From Lama guanicoe (lineage: Eukaryota), in the NCBI GenBank assembly GCA_013239625.1, contig MU054098.1, forward strand, positions 837,568-901,567: DNA of 64,000 nt, written 5' to 3'. Position 1 is the stretch's first letter. Each line of letters starts with the position of its first letter. The position numbers and the translations under genes are program-made. The notes under the pieces are model-generated. The model was not told where the DNA came from. It made no database searches and saw only the letters and a list, made by a program, of their open reading frames with translations. This document shows, piece by piece, positions 49,635 to 62,400 of this stretch.

Positions 49635-51029
49635 ACAAGCACAATAGAAAAGCAATGAGATTTCGTGGGCATTTGGAGTAAAGACAGTAAAAAAAAACCC
49701 CACACATATAACAAGGGATCTAAAAAGAATTTTCCCAACCAAGGAAAATGCTGCTTATGTAAGGCTTTTTCTTCTGTAATGAAGTGTTCATTCTCTATTC
49801 TCGACTTTTCTACACACACTGAGGAGATTACCAAAATTACTGTTCTAATCACTGTTCTCTTTAATGGAATTGAAGAGTAGACTTTAGCCTCTAAATTTCT
49901 GCCAGGTTTGAAATTGCTTGAGTCAAACATTGATTCAGGAGGTTTAATGTAAAGATGTATCAGTTTCAGAACTGAAATCTAGATTTAACATCATAAAACT
50001 ACGAGTATGTTTAAGTACATTTTTTTTTCTAGCATATAAGTGCCAGGGGATATTGCAAGCTTGGGTATGTTCCTCATGACTATTAAATTTAAGAATAAAT
50101 TAAGTAATTACCAGATTGCTGGGAGAAATGTTTCTCATAAAATCTCTATGACCTCATTTTTGTGTATTTCAAAGACTATGTTTGTTTCAAAATACATCAT
50201 TAGGATTTCTGGGCCTGAATTTTTTTTTTAAGATAATCTGATTAGGTTAGCATAAAAATAGAACAAACATTCAATGAATCATAATACTTACATAGAGTTA
50301 TAGAAATGGTGCTTCAACTCTAGTAACTTCCAGTGCATTATCTTACATTTGGCTATTACATTGAAATGAAATGATACTCATTTCTGAAGTTCTAGAGAAG
50401 ACATCACAGTTCAAAACATTGTGAATGATCGTTTGTCTACTTTTTCTGATTACAAAAATGATACATGCTGATTATGACAATTCAACTTAAAACGATGTAG
50501 TAATATATAAGGCAAAAAAATGAAAGTGATCTGTAATTTTCACCCCAAATAAACAGTTAAAATAGTATTTCAAACTGGTCAATAGAGATAAGCAGACAAG
50601 CTTAGGTAGGGAATTTTTTTAAATTAGAACTTTCTTGTTGAGGCTACCTTTGAAACAACTGTAGCATGGAGAAAACACAAGCTACTTCTTTTTTTTTTTT
50701 AATAGCCCTAACTTGTTCTTATTTATTTATTTATTTAACCTTTTTTTTGAACAAGCTTCTTGAACAAATCAAAATCAAAATTTGTTTTTTAGATAGCACA
50801 TTAAAATATGTTTTGTTATTCGATGAATTTCTACCTTTGTAAATGCTTCTTGTGTTATGAATATATCAATATTGAGAAATTGTTTACCATGGATGGCAAT
50901 CTGTATAAGCATTAAAATTTTGCATAAGACAACACCTAGAATGTACTTTTATTGTCATATGATTTTTCAACATAGTGTAGTGATTTTCTAAGGGAAATTT
51001 CAGCTATATCAAAAGTAGAATTTAGCAAA

Positions 51030-51640
51030 ATGTCTGGATCTTGAGAATCATGGGGATCTATTTGGAGTTGTTTTGTAACTAGCTTCACCTTTCTCTGGCT
51101 CCATTTCCTCATTTTCTAGATGATAAAATTATTGTCTGCCATGGGCAGTTTATAAGAATGCTGTAAGTACAAAATGAGTAATAGATAAGAAAGTGTTTTG
51201 AAATGATTTTAAGAAAAGTGAGCAACCAAAAGTCCTTTCATTTTAATTGCCATATTGATGGTTACCTTAGTTACCTGGGTCAAACATTCTAATTGCTAAT
51301 CTCATTATGTGAATCTAAAAAGTTACAGCAAATATCCTTAGAGTGCAAGAACTAGTACTTTTCTTCAACATGCAAACCACTATAAGATGTAGAATAAACA
51401 CAAGATCTCAAGGACCAGCAGACTTTGAGTTGAGTTTATGCTCTACCACTTAATAATTATATGACCTTGGACAGTTCACATTACCAACAGGGGTCTTGAT
51501 TGCCTCATCTTTAAAAATGAGGATAATAACCCCCCTTCCAAACTACCTCAAAGGAGTATTAGAAGGTGTAAATGAAGTAACGTATGTAAAAGTGTATTGT
51601 GATCTTTAAAGTGCAATGGCAATAAAAGGTATTATAATCA
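51030..51640 (+). mobile_element. Two MIR copies (~51030-51210 and ~51400-51640)
   Basis: Cores 'ccatttcctcattttctagatg' and 'tgaccttggacagttcacatta...cctcatctttaaaaatgaggataat'. Confidence 0.65.
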
Positions 51641-52169
51641 CTGTAACCTGACTAGAATGCACATCAGTACTGAAGTCAGAGAAGAGGAGAAGGGGCATTC
51701 TGAATGAAGGCAGAAAATAAATTCACTCTGGTGAGAAAAATCTCACACCCTTGCTTTGGCAATTTAGTGGAAACAGCAGCAACTTGCCTGAAAGAACAGA
51801 TTGCTGCTGGCAATTCCCAAACTCACCAATAGTTATTGGAGAGGCATGGACACTAATGGAAGTATCTGGATTTTTTCCCCCAGGTTTAAAGTGAAGAATG
51901 GATTCAGAATCCTTTTCTGAATTAATGATGTTATGGTTCCTATGTGTCTATGTAGCAAATACGTAAATAGCAACTGCCTAGTGACATTTCTACTGGATGT
52001 TTTGTAGACTTCTCAGAATTGAAGGTCTGAAATAGAACTTTTCATTTCCTTTCTTTTTTTTCAGTGTGAGTTCACCATGTGTTTTCTTTTAGCACACTGG
52101 ATTTACAGTTTCACTGTAATTTGGCTTCCTTTTCTACTCTTGAGAAGTAAAAATTATATCTTCCTCCAT

Positions 52170-54200
52170 ATCTTTTATTCCCTATTGTCTTTTTGTGCTC
52201 TATATCTGAATAATCTCCTGGGATATATCTTCCAGTTTACAGACTCCCTTCTCACCTGAGTCAAATCTGATATTTATCCTAAGAACCATTATTTTATATT
52301 ATTACATTTAATTGTAGATTCTATTTTTACTTCTTGACGAATTACTTAACTAATTTTTGTAGCCTCTTACTCAATCACATTTTCAAAAGTTTTAAAAATT
52401 CTTTTATCAAATATTCAACATTTATATATTGAACCTGAGGATCCTAATATCTGAAGACATTGTGGTTCCAATATGCTATCTCTTGTTTCTGCTGACTCTT
52501 GGTCATAGTGTCTTGTTCTCATTTTTACATTTCTGTGTTGTTTCATTTTGCATGTTCTGTGCAATTAGTGATTTTTCCTTGGAAATACATCCACTGTCAC
52601 TTGTTGGGGCATGAGTGAACATAGATTTCTCCAGTTAATTTTTAGGGCTGCTTCTGATGGGGTTATGCTTTTGTCAGCAATACTAGTCATAGAGAACTTT
52701 AATTCTAGAAGTAAATTGGTTTTGGACCAGCCAGTTCTTGATAAAAACTCATATATGGCTAGCTTATGGTTATTAATGTACTTCTTTATGGAATTTACCC
52801 CTCCTTGAAGATTACTGAGTAAACAGGTTTTTGTTTCCAATCTTCTTTCTCTCTCCTCTAGACTAGATTATTTTTATTAATCTATCAAATTTACTGACTC
52901 TCTCATATGTTACTTTTGACTTGCTGTTAAGCCCCTGTAGTGAAATTTTATGTCGATTACTGTATTTTTAGGTTTAATATTCTCCATTTGATTCTTTGTA
53001 ATAGTTTCTATTCTTGGTTAAGATTTCCTGTATCTCATACACTATGAGCATGTTTTTTATGTGCTTGAATGCAGTTATAATAGCTGTTTTAAAATCTTTC
53101 TTTGATAATTAAAATTTCTGGTTGTCTTGGTGTTAGTATTCTTTGATTATCTTTTCTTTTGAATGAGGATCATGTTTTCCTGTTTCATCATATGTCTAGT
53201 CATTTTTTCTTGTATCCTGTACTCTATGGTTGATACATTATTGAGATGCTGGATTTTATTTTCTTTCCTCTGAAAAGTACTGATTTTTGTTTTCTTAGGT
53301 AAATAGTTGATTTGTCTGAAATCAAAACCTAACCTCAGAAATATTAGTTGAATTCATCCAGCTTTAGCTTGGCTGCTTGAACTCTGTCCTATGTATTCAT
53401 GGTTAAAAAGTCAGCCAGAGATTAGCTTGACCTTGTACACAAAATTAGAGCTCCCTATATATGGTTTTCTCCATTATGGGACTTCCTCCTTCACTTTCGA
53501 GCTGCTGTGATTGTCCCAGACCTTGTTTTCTGGTTATTTAATCCAGTAAAACTGTCAGGTTTCTATCTGCATTTTAGTCTCCCAGTACTAAAATTGGGAC
53601 TTTTCTTCAGGCTGAAAGCCATGCAAAATGAGATACTCACCCATTGCTATTTCCTCCATCCTGCTGTCAACCCCTATCACCTTTCTTCTGTGTTCACTTG
53701 CCAATGTCTTCAAGTAGTTCTTTTAAAAATATATTTTCCAGTGCTTGTAGTTTTTGAAAAATTTTCAGGATGGTTAGTCTGATGTATACTATTTAGCCAT
53801 TCTCAGAGGTACAACATAGAGCTTAAATTTTAATGTTTGGCCAGTTTATTTCTAAACCTATCTGAATGGTTTTATTCCTTTGGGGGACAAGCTTTATTTG
53901 GAGGTCTTATATCACTATGATTTGAGTGGGCCCTGAGATGTACAACCTGTCTCTTAAACTCCATGAGGTTATGAAAACTGAAGTTCAAGTTCATCATATT
54001 TGGAAGACTCCCCTCATGTATAAGCTTATTTCCGTACTTCGTTCATCTTTTTTAGTTTCTTATGCTCCTTAATTTTTTGACTAATTTTTTTTACTGTGTA
54101 GCCCTTACTTCCTCATCAATACATGAAGAAAAAAATTAATTCAGCATTTTTAATTTCTATGAGTTGAAAAGCCAGTCAACTTATCTAGTTCACCAGTCTA
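52170..54200 (-). mobile_element. Very old L1 ORF1 and 5' region fragments
   Basis: 'tatcttccagtttacagactcccttct' and 'tctatcaaatttactgactctctc...ctgttaagcccctgtagtgaaatttt' are reverse old-L1 ORF1 motifs. Confidence 0.6.
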
Positions 54201-54229
54201 TTGGAAGAGTGTGTCTGAGGTTTTAAGTA

Positions 54230-54770
54230 GTAAATCAAGTCATATGAACTGATCATTGAACTCTGAAAACCCTCCAATAATTTCTGATAACATTTAGAAT
54301 AAAAATATTTTAATATCTTATAGAATCTTGTCAGATCTAGCTTTAGACTTCCTCTCTGATATCATCTTGCATCACCTTCCCACTCAGTTCCAGTCAGAGA
54401 ATTTCTTTCAGCTCTTTGAACATGATACTGTCTCTCCCTTCTCAAGTCCTTTCTAAGTGCTATTTTCTTCTGCTTGGAGCCATTCTCTTTTTCACCCTCC
54501 ATTCTAGTCATCTTTTAGTTCTCTGCTTATTTGTAACCTTATCCAGGAATTTTTCCTTGGCCTTTTGGACCAATAAGGGACCCTGGCTTCTGTTATTTTC
54601 TCCACCACTTCTGCTTTTGTAAGACATATCACCTTATTCAGGTTATTTCTAGCCTACTGTACTCCATGGAGATAATAACCATGTCTTTCCTTCACCACCA
54701 TTCTCCAGTGTCTAATACAATGCTTGATGGAGAAGAGGTGTTCAAAAATATTTTCTGAAATTACTTTGAA
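54230..54770 (+). mobile_element. L2 3' region
   Basis: 'ctgtactccatggagataataaccatgtctttccttcaccaccattctccagtgtctaatacaatgcttg...ggtgttcaaaaatattt'. Confidence 0.7.
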
Positions 54771-55289
54771 TCAGTCACAGAAGAATTGTGTAAATTTGGG
54801 GGCACATACAGTTTCTAAACCATTTGGTATAAGAGCAGGACCTTGGACATTGGTGCAATTACCAAAGTAATATGGCCTAAAACTCCCAGCAGGCTGGCAG
54901 TTCTCCCCATTCTTGTTGATTGTGCACATTCCCTTGTCTCAAGCTTCCTAAAATTTATTTTATCATGTCACTCATTCAAGAGCCTACTGTGTTCCAACCC
55001 CTTCTTATTTAGTCTAAACTCCACATTTTGGCATTCGATTCTATCTACAATCTTAAATTTTACCTATACAAATCTATCTGCTACTAATTCCCAATACATT
55101 CAAAACAATATCAATTATATCATTCTCTTGTCTTGTTTTTGCACATTATATTCTGTTCTTCAACTCATGTCATGCCTCATAGTAAGGATTCTGGATTCTG
55201 TGAAGATACTTTTCTGCCTTCTTTCATTCTCAATCCTATCTCTTTCATGGGACCAGCATAGATGCTAAGTACAGAGATAATACGGTATA

Positions 55290-55630
55290 GTACTTAATAA
55301 CATTTTCTCTGTAATTTGCCAGATGTGTATAACCTTGTAAAATTAGATTTCTGTGCCTCAATTTCCTTATTTGCAGAATTGAGATAATAATAGATTCTAA
55401 TGTCTTTGAATTCACCTCATGAGTTAATATATAAATACATAGAATAGGGCTTGGTTTATAGTAGCACATAAGTATGTTTAAGCTATGCTTAACTCCTCTG
55501 TGAAAACTCCCAAGTCCATTCATTTATTCTATCTCCCAGTTTTTATGGTGAGCTTTTTTTTGTGCCAGACCCTTCACTAAGCATTGACTATAAAGCACTG
55601 TCTCTTACCTCAGGAAACTAAAAGAAATAA
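55290..55630. mobile_element. MIR (+) followed by an L2 3' end (-)
   Basis: 'tctgtgcctcaatttccttatttgcagaattgagataataata' and 'cattcattt...tgtgccagaccc'. Confidence 0.6.
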
Positions 55631-55689
55631 GATATAAAAAGAACCATATGGAAGTTTTAGACTGAAAAAAGTAACATTTCAAGTAAAAT

Positions 55690-57100
55690 TTTAAAAAAAT
55701 CACTAGGCAACTGAAGAGTAGGTTACATATTACAGAATAGAAGACCAGTAACCATGAAGACATAGTGATGGAAACTAAGTGGAAGCATAGAGAGAAAAAT
55801 ACTGAGAGAAAAGAAGAGCAATCTCAGTGGCCTGGGGGGCAGTATTAAGCTACTTAACCTAAATGTAATTGAAATAAAAAGGAGAGAAATGTGTACAGAA
55901 AAACAATTTTTGAAAAATTCTCACAAATTTTTCATATTTGAGGAAAACTGTAAACCTACACATCCAAGAACATCAACAACCCCCCCCCCAAAAAACCTCA
56001 AACAGGACAAAAAAAAACCCTGCACGTTAAAATCCAATTGCTGTACACTCAGTGAGAAAGAAATCTGAAAAGAAGCCAGAATAAAGAGAGATACATAGAG
56101 AAAAAAAATTAGAAAAAAGCCAGCATCTTTATCAGAAATTAAAGAGGCATAAAAATGTTACAGCACAATTAAATTACCAAAGGACAAATATTAAGGTAAA
56201 ACTAAAATGCTACATCCAACAAAAATACCTTTCAAAATTGAAGTGAAATATGATTTCAGGAAAAAAACAAATGCTTAGAGAATTCATCAAAGGTAGATAT
56301 TTAATTACAATAACAAGGAATTTTTTCAGGTTATAAGAAATTGATAGAACTTTGGTTTCATTAGTTTGGTTACTGACATGTAAACAACTTGGAAGTTGTC
56401 ATACCCATGCTTTCAAGAAAAAGATGAGCAAACAAAATTAAAATTACTTGGATTCAACAAAGAATTGGACTTGCAAGAGCAAATCACCACTCTGAAATCT
56501 GAAGACCCAGGCAAATGGCAAATACAAAAAAATCGCAATTGAGATCAGCTTACCTGAAGCAGAAGCCTCTAGAGCCATAAACTGATAGGAACAGTAAGTG
56601 GCAATTTTGATGACTTACAGGAGGCTGAGTATGGACTAGTATGAGAATAAAAAAATCTTGGGGACCACAGTCTTAGGGAATCTCTCTACTTTCATTGGCT
56701 TTACTTCCAAATACCCAACCAGTCTATCACAGTAAAAATCTGAGAAAGAACTTTTCACAGCTGCGGTGAGGGGAGGTAAATATTAATCATTATGAAATAT
56801 TCCCAGAGCACTCACTATAAAAAGTCCTAGACTCCAAGGGAAAAAAAATTTATTGGAGCCTTATCCACATGGAGGGAAGAAAATTCCAGATACCTTAGCC
56901 TTTTTAATCTTACTGTCTCACCTAATGGGGGAGAAAAAAAAGCTGTACCACTGGAGAACCACCTGTGAAGGTCATAGGCAAGAAACAGACCCATCAAAAG
57001 ACTGAAATTTAATCATAATTATGTAGAATACTTCCACTCTGCCACATTTTACCACCACACCAACTGGGTCCCAGTATAAAAATAGTAGATTATAACCAAA
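55690..57100 (+). mobile_element. Old L1 ORF1 fragment followed by an old L1 5'-region fragment
   Basis: 'taaacctacacatccaagaacatcaacaacccc' and 'ccttcaaaattgaagtgaaata' are L1 ORF1 motifs. Confidence 0.65.
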
Positions 57101-57104
57101 GGAT

Positions 57105-57995
57105 ATTCTTTAAAATGTCCCTCATTTGGGATTTATCTGATGTTTTTCTAATGATTAAACCAGGGTTGTGTGTTTTAGAAAGATGACCAAAGAGGTAAAG
57201 TGCCATTTTCATTACAATTGGCCCGCCATATCCACAGGTCCTACATCTGTGGATTTAGCCACCTACAGATTGAAAATATTTGGAAAAAAAAATTCCTGAA
57301 AGCAAAACTTGAATTTGCCCCATGACAGTAACTAGTTACTTAGCATTTATATTGTATTTACAACTATTTACATGGCATTTACATTGCATTGGTCAATCTA
57401 GAGATGATTTAATATGCTGTAAAATATGCATAGATTATATGCAAATATGCCATTTTAGGTAAGGGACTTGAGCATCCTCAGATTTTGGTACCTGTGGGCG
57501 GGGGTAGGCTGAGGGGGTGGTAGTCCTGGAACCAATCCCTTGCAGGTACCAAGGGATAACTGTACATCATATCAAGGGTCATCAACATGATTTATCACTG
57601 TTGATATAAACCTTGATCTCCTGGCTGAGGCTGCGTTTGTCAGGTCTCTCCACTGCAAAACAACTCTTTTTCCTTCCTGTCCATTCTAGACTACTTTGAA
57701 AGAAGCCACTATGCTTACCCTACACTTATGGAGTGGTAAGTTATGCTTCACCTTCTTGAAGGCAGAATATATGCATAAATTATTTGGTTTTCCTCTACAT
57801 GGAAAATTTGTCTCTTTTCTGCCATATATTTATTTGTTCAAAACTTCACGTATACCAGTGTGGACTCGTGGATGTTTATTTTATACTTTGAGCTATAATA
57901 TGCTAACATTATTTTGTTTCTCAAGTTGTTCAAGCTGTGCCCAACTTGTTTCAGTCGACTCTGTGTCCCTTTAACATATCCCCATTATTGTATAT
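57105..57995 (-). mobile_element. L1MC-type 3'UTR fragment interrupted by a Tigger MITE
   Basis: 'aatgtccctcatttgggatttatctgatgtttttctaatgatta...agaggtaaagtgccattttcat|ta|catcatatcaaggg' rejoins across the insert. Confidence 0.75.
57215..57562. mobile_element. Tigger3a-like Tc1/mariner MITE
   Basis: 348 bp, terminal inverted repeats caattggcccgccatatcc / ggtaccaagggataactg, TA TSD at 57213-14 and 57563-64. Confidence 0.85.
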
Positions 57996-58429
57996 GTGTG
58001 TTTGTTATTTTTTTTCAATTTCTTTTTTCTTTTCTTTCCTTCTTAAAAAATAATTTTCAAAGAGATAAGCACAGAATCCTCTGGAGCATGGAGCAGGGGC
58101 ACCAAATTCAAATCAGAAGAAGGGTCGAGAATTGAATTGTTAAGAAAAGACTTGTTACAAAGAATTGTGGAAGAAAAAAACTACAAGTAGTTCTTTGTGA
58201 ATGTGGCCTATTGTGAGGAGAAAAGAGAGGAAAGAGATAAACTTGGAGAGATTGGAATGTACATAAATGATCATAAATGTTCTCATAAATTTATCATGAC
58301 TGGATCTTTGACCCATTAGTCTTACTTGTCAGTTGGAGCGTTTTGAGAGAAATCTATTAGCAACTTACTGCTATCAAGTTATGATGGAAGACATGCCCTT
58401 GGCTCTGATACAGTATTCATCTTTTTCTC

Positions 58430-58760
58430 TTTTTCCTCAAATATTAATTAACTTCCTAATATGTGTTAAGTCACATAGTAGATGACAGATACAGCAATAA
58501 ATAAGGTCTGGTCCCTGTTTTCAAGGAATTCACATTTTACCAGGGTGCACAGCCAAGCAAACAGGCAATTATAATCAAGAGTGAGAAGAACTGAGGCAGA
58601 GGGAAGTGCAAGATGCAGAGGTAGAGAATCCACTTGTATATGTGCATTATTGTAAAGGCTGGAGAGGGCATGGTTCAGAAGCAGCTTTACAGAGGTTCCA
58701 ACAATGCAGAGACCTGATAAAAGCCAGGTGAAGGGATCAGGGAGAGTAAGGGAAATCCAA
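58430..58760 (-). mobile_element. L2 3' region
   Basis: 'gatacagcaataaataaggtctggtccctgttttcaaggaattcacatttt'. Confidence 0.7.
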
Positions 58761-59460
58761 GCTCTGAAAAAATACGTGTGGGCTGGCGCATCTCTCTCTC
58801 TGCTATATGCTGATATGGTTTAATGTCTGAGCTACTCATTTGGGATTGGGTCATAATTTTTCTCATACAGCCTTATTTTGTTTAGGATGACAATGTTAAT
58901 TTTGTCTTCCTAGTGAATGTACAAACCCCTTGTAATCAGAGAAAATGCCCTGCAGTTTTTCCTGTTACAATAGTGAGCAGCATTGAATAGGAAAAAAAAT
59001 TATTGCATTAATTTACTGAATTAATTGGTCAATATTTCCTCTTTTGTTTAGTCAAGGATAGGTTATTTTCTAAAGCAAGTACATTTTCCCCTCTCCTTCC
59101 ACCTCTCCCACTTCCTCTCTCTCCTCTTTCCCTCCTTGTCTTCCTTTCTCCTTTCTCTCTCTCCCCGCCACACATGCACACACGCACACACACATCCCAA
59201 AAAGAGGTGGTTTAAACTTTTCAGTCTCTTAGATTTCTTTAATCTTTTTTTGTTTGCACTCTTCTAAAACAACTGTATAACACCTACATTCGTTTCCAAA
59301 TACAGAATCCTAAACAAAATGGTTACAGGGTCCATAGTAAGGATTTAGTTAATGCCGAGTATAGACAGAATATTACTTACTGGGTTTCACATACTGCTTA
59401 CTGCTATCATTATGTTCCATCGTCATATTCTTAAATTCTGTAAATGATACATTCCATACT

Positions 59461-62400
59461 CTTTTTATTGGATTTTTATTGAAGTATAGTTGATGTACAC
59501 CTATAACATATAATATTGTACAACATAGTGATTCATAATTTTTAAGGTTATACTCCATTTATAGTTATTACAAAATATTGACTATAGTCACTGTATTGTA
59601 CAATATATTCTTATAGTTTATTTATTTAATACATAATGGTTTGTACCTCTTAATTCCATTTACTTATCTTGCCTCTTCACCTTCCCTCTCTCCCCTGATA
59701 ACCACTGGTCTGTTTTCTATATCTGTGGGTATATGTATTTCATGTTATATTCATTAGTTTATTTTTTTAGATTCCATGTATATGTGATATCATACAGTAT
59801 ATGTCTTTCTCTGACTTACTTCACTTGGCATAATACCCACCAAGTCCGTCTATGTTGTTCCAAATGGCAAAATTTTGTGTGTTTTTATGGCTGAGTAGTA
59901 TTCAATTGTATATATATACCACATCTTTATCCATTCATCTATTGGACACTTAGGTTGCTTCCATATTTTGGCAATTATAAATAATGCTGCTATAAACATG
60001 GGGAGCATATATCTTTTCAAATTAGTGTTTTTGTTTTTTCAGATATATACCAGAGTGGAATTGCTGGATCATATGGTAGTTCTATTTTTAGATTTTTGAA
60101 AAACCTCCACACTGTTTTCCACAGTGGCTGCATCAATTTACATTCCCACCAACACTGTATAAGGGTTCCCTTTTCTCCACATTCTTGGCAACATTTGTTA
60201 TCTGAGTTCTTTCTGATGATAGTTATTTTGACAGATCTGAGTTGATGTCTCGTTGTTGTTTTGATTTGCATTTCCCTGATGATTAGCCATGTTGAGCATC
60301 CTTCCATTTGCCCATTAGCTATCTGAATTTTTCTCTTCGGAAAAATGTCCATTCCGTTTTTCTGCCCCTGTATTAATTGGATTGTTAACTTTTTGGCATT
60401 GAGTTGTGTGAGCTGTTTATACATGTTGGATATTAACTGCTTATCGGTCATATTTGCAAGTATTTTCTCCCACACAGTAGGTGGTCTTTCAACTTGTAGA
60501 TCATTTCCCTTGCTGTGCAAAGTTTTTAAGTTTAATTAAGTCCCATTTGTTTATTTTTACATTTATTTCCTTTGCTTCAGGAGACAGATCCAAAACAATA
60601 CCGCTACAACTTATGTCCAAGAGTGTTCTGCCTATGTTTTTCTTTGGGAGATTTATGGTTTCTGGTGTTATCTTTAGGTCTTTAATCCATTTTGAGCTTA
60701 CTTTTGTATATGGTGTTAGAGAATGTTCTAATTCTATTCTTTTACATGTAGCTGTCCAGCTTTCCCAGAATCATTTATTGAAGAGATTTTTTTTTCTCCA
60801 CTGTATATTCTTTCTTCCTCTGTCATAGATTACTTGAGCATAGGTCCATGGCTTTATTTCTGGGCTCTCATTGTGTTCCATTGATATGTGTGTTTCTGTG
60901 CCAGTACTGTGCTGTTTTGATTACTCTAGTTTTGTAGCACAGTCTGAAGTCAGGGAGTGTGATTCCTCCTACTCTGTTCTTTCTCAATATTGTTTTGGCT
61001 ACTCAGGATCTTTTGTGTTTCCATAATAATTTTGAAATTATTTGTTCCAGTTCTGTGAAAATGACTTTGGTATTTTGATAAGGATTGCACTGAATCTGTA
61101 GATTGTCTTGGGTGATATGTTCATTTTAACAGTATTGATTCTTCCAATCCAAGAACACCGTATATCCTTCCATTGGTTTGTGTCATCTTCAGTTATTTTC
61201 ATCAGCATCTTACAGTTTTCTGAGTATGGGTCTTTTACCTCCTTAGGTGGGTTTACTCCTAGGTATGTCGTTATTTTTGATACGATGGCAAATGGGATTA
61301 TTTTATTTCTCTTTATGATAGTTCATTGTTAAGTGTATAGAAATGCAACAGATTTCTGTATGTTAATTTTGTATCCTGCAACTTTACCAAGTTCAATGAT
61401 GAGCTCTAGTATTTTTCTGGTGGCATCTTTAGGATTTTCTATGAAGAGTATCACGTCATCTGCAAACAGTGACAGTTCTATTTCTTCCTTTCCAATGTGG
61501 ATTACTTTTATTTCTTTTCTGATTGTTATGACTAAGACTTCTAATACTATGCTGAGTAAAAGTGACAAGAGTGGGCATCCTTGTCTTTTTCTTGACCTTA
61601 GAGGAAGTATTTTCAGCTTTTCACCATTGAGTATGATGTTAGCTGTTGGTTTGTCATAAATGGCCTTTATTATGTTGAGGTATGTTCCCTCTATGCTCAC
61701 TTTCTGGAGAGTTTTTATTATTAATGCATGTTTAATTTTGTCAAAAGTTTTTCTGCATCTATTGAGGTAATCATAAAGTATTTATTCTTCAATTTGTTAA
61801 TGAGCTGTATCACATTGATTTTGTAGATACTGAAAATGCCTTGCATCCCTTGGATAATCCCATTTGATCATGGTGTATGATCCTTTTAATTATTGTTGGA
61901 GTCAGTTTGCTAACGTTTTGTTGAAGATTCTTGCAGCTATGTTCATGAGTGACATTGGCCTGTATTTTACTTTTTTTGTGATATCTTTGTCTGGTTTTGA
62001 TGTCAGGGTGATGCTGGCCTCATAGAATAAGTTCAGAAGTATTCCTTCCTCTGCAATTTTTTGGAATAATTTCAGAAGGATGGGTGTTAATTCTTCTCTA
62101 AATATTTGGTAGAATTCACCTGTGAAGCCATTTGGTCCTGTACTTTCATTTATTGGGAGTTTTAAAATTACTTATTCAATTTCAGAACTGGTAATTGGTC
62201 TCTTCATAGTTTCTATTTCTTCCTGGTTCAATCTTGGGAAATTGTACTCTTCTAAGATGTGTCCATTTCTTCTAGGTTGTCCATTTTCTTGCTGTAGAGT
62301 TGCTCATAGTAGTCTCTTATGATCCCTTGTATTTCTATGGTGTTGGTTATAACTTCTCCTTTTTTGTTTCTGATTTTATTGATTTATTCCTTTTTTTTCT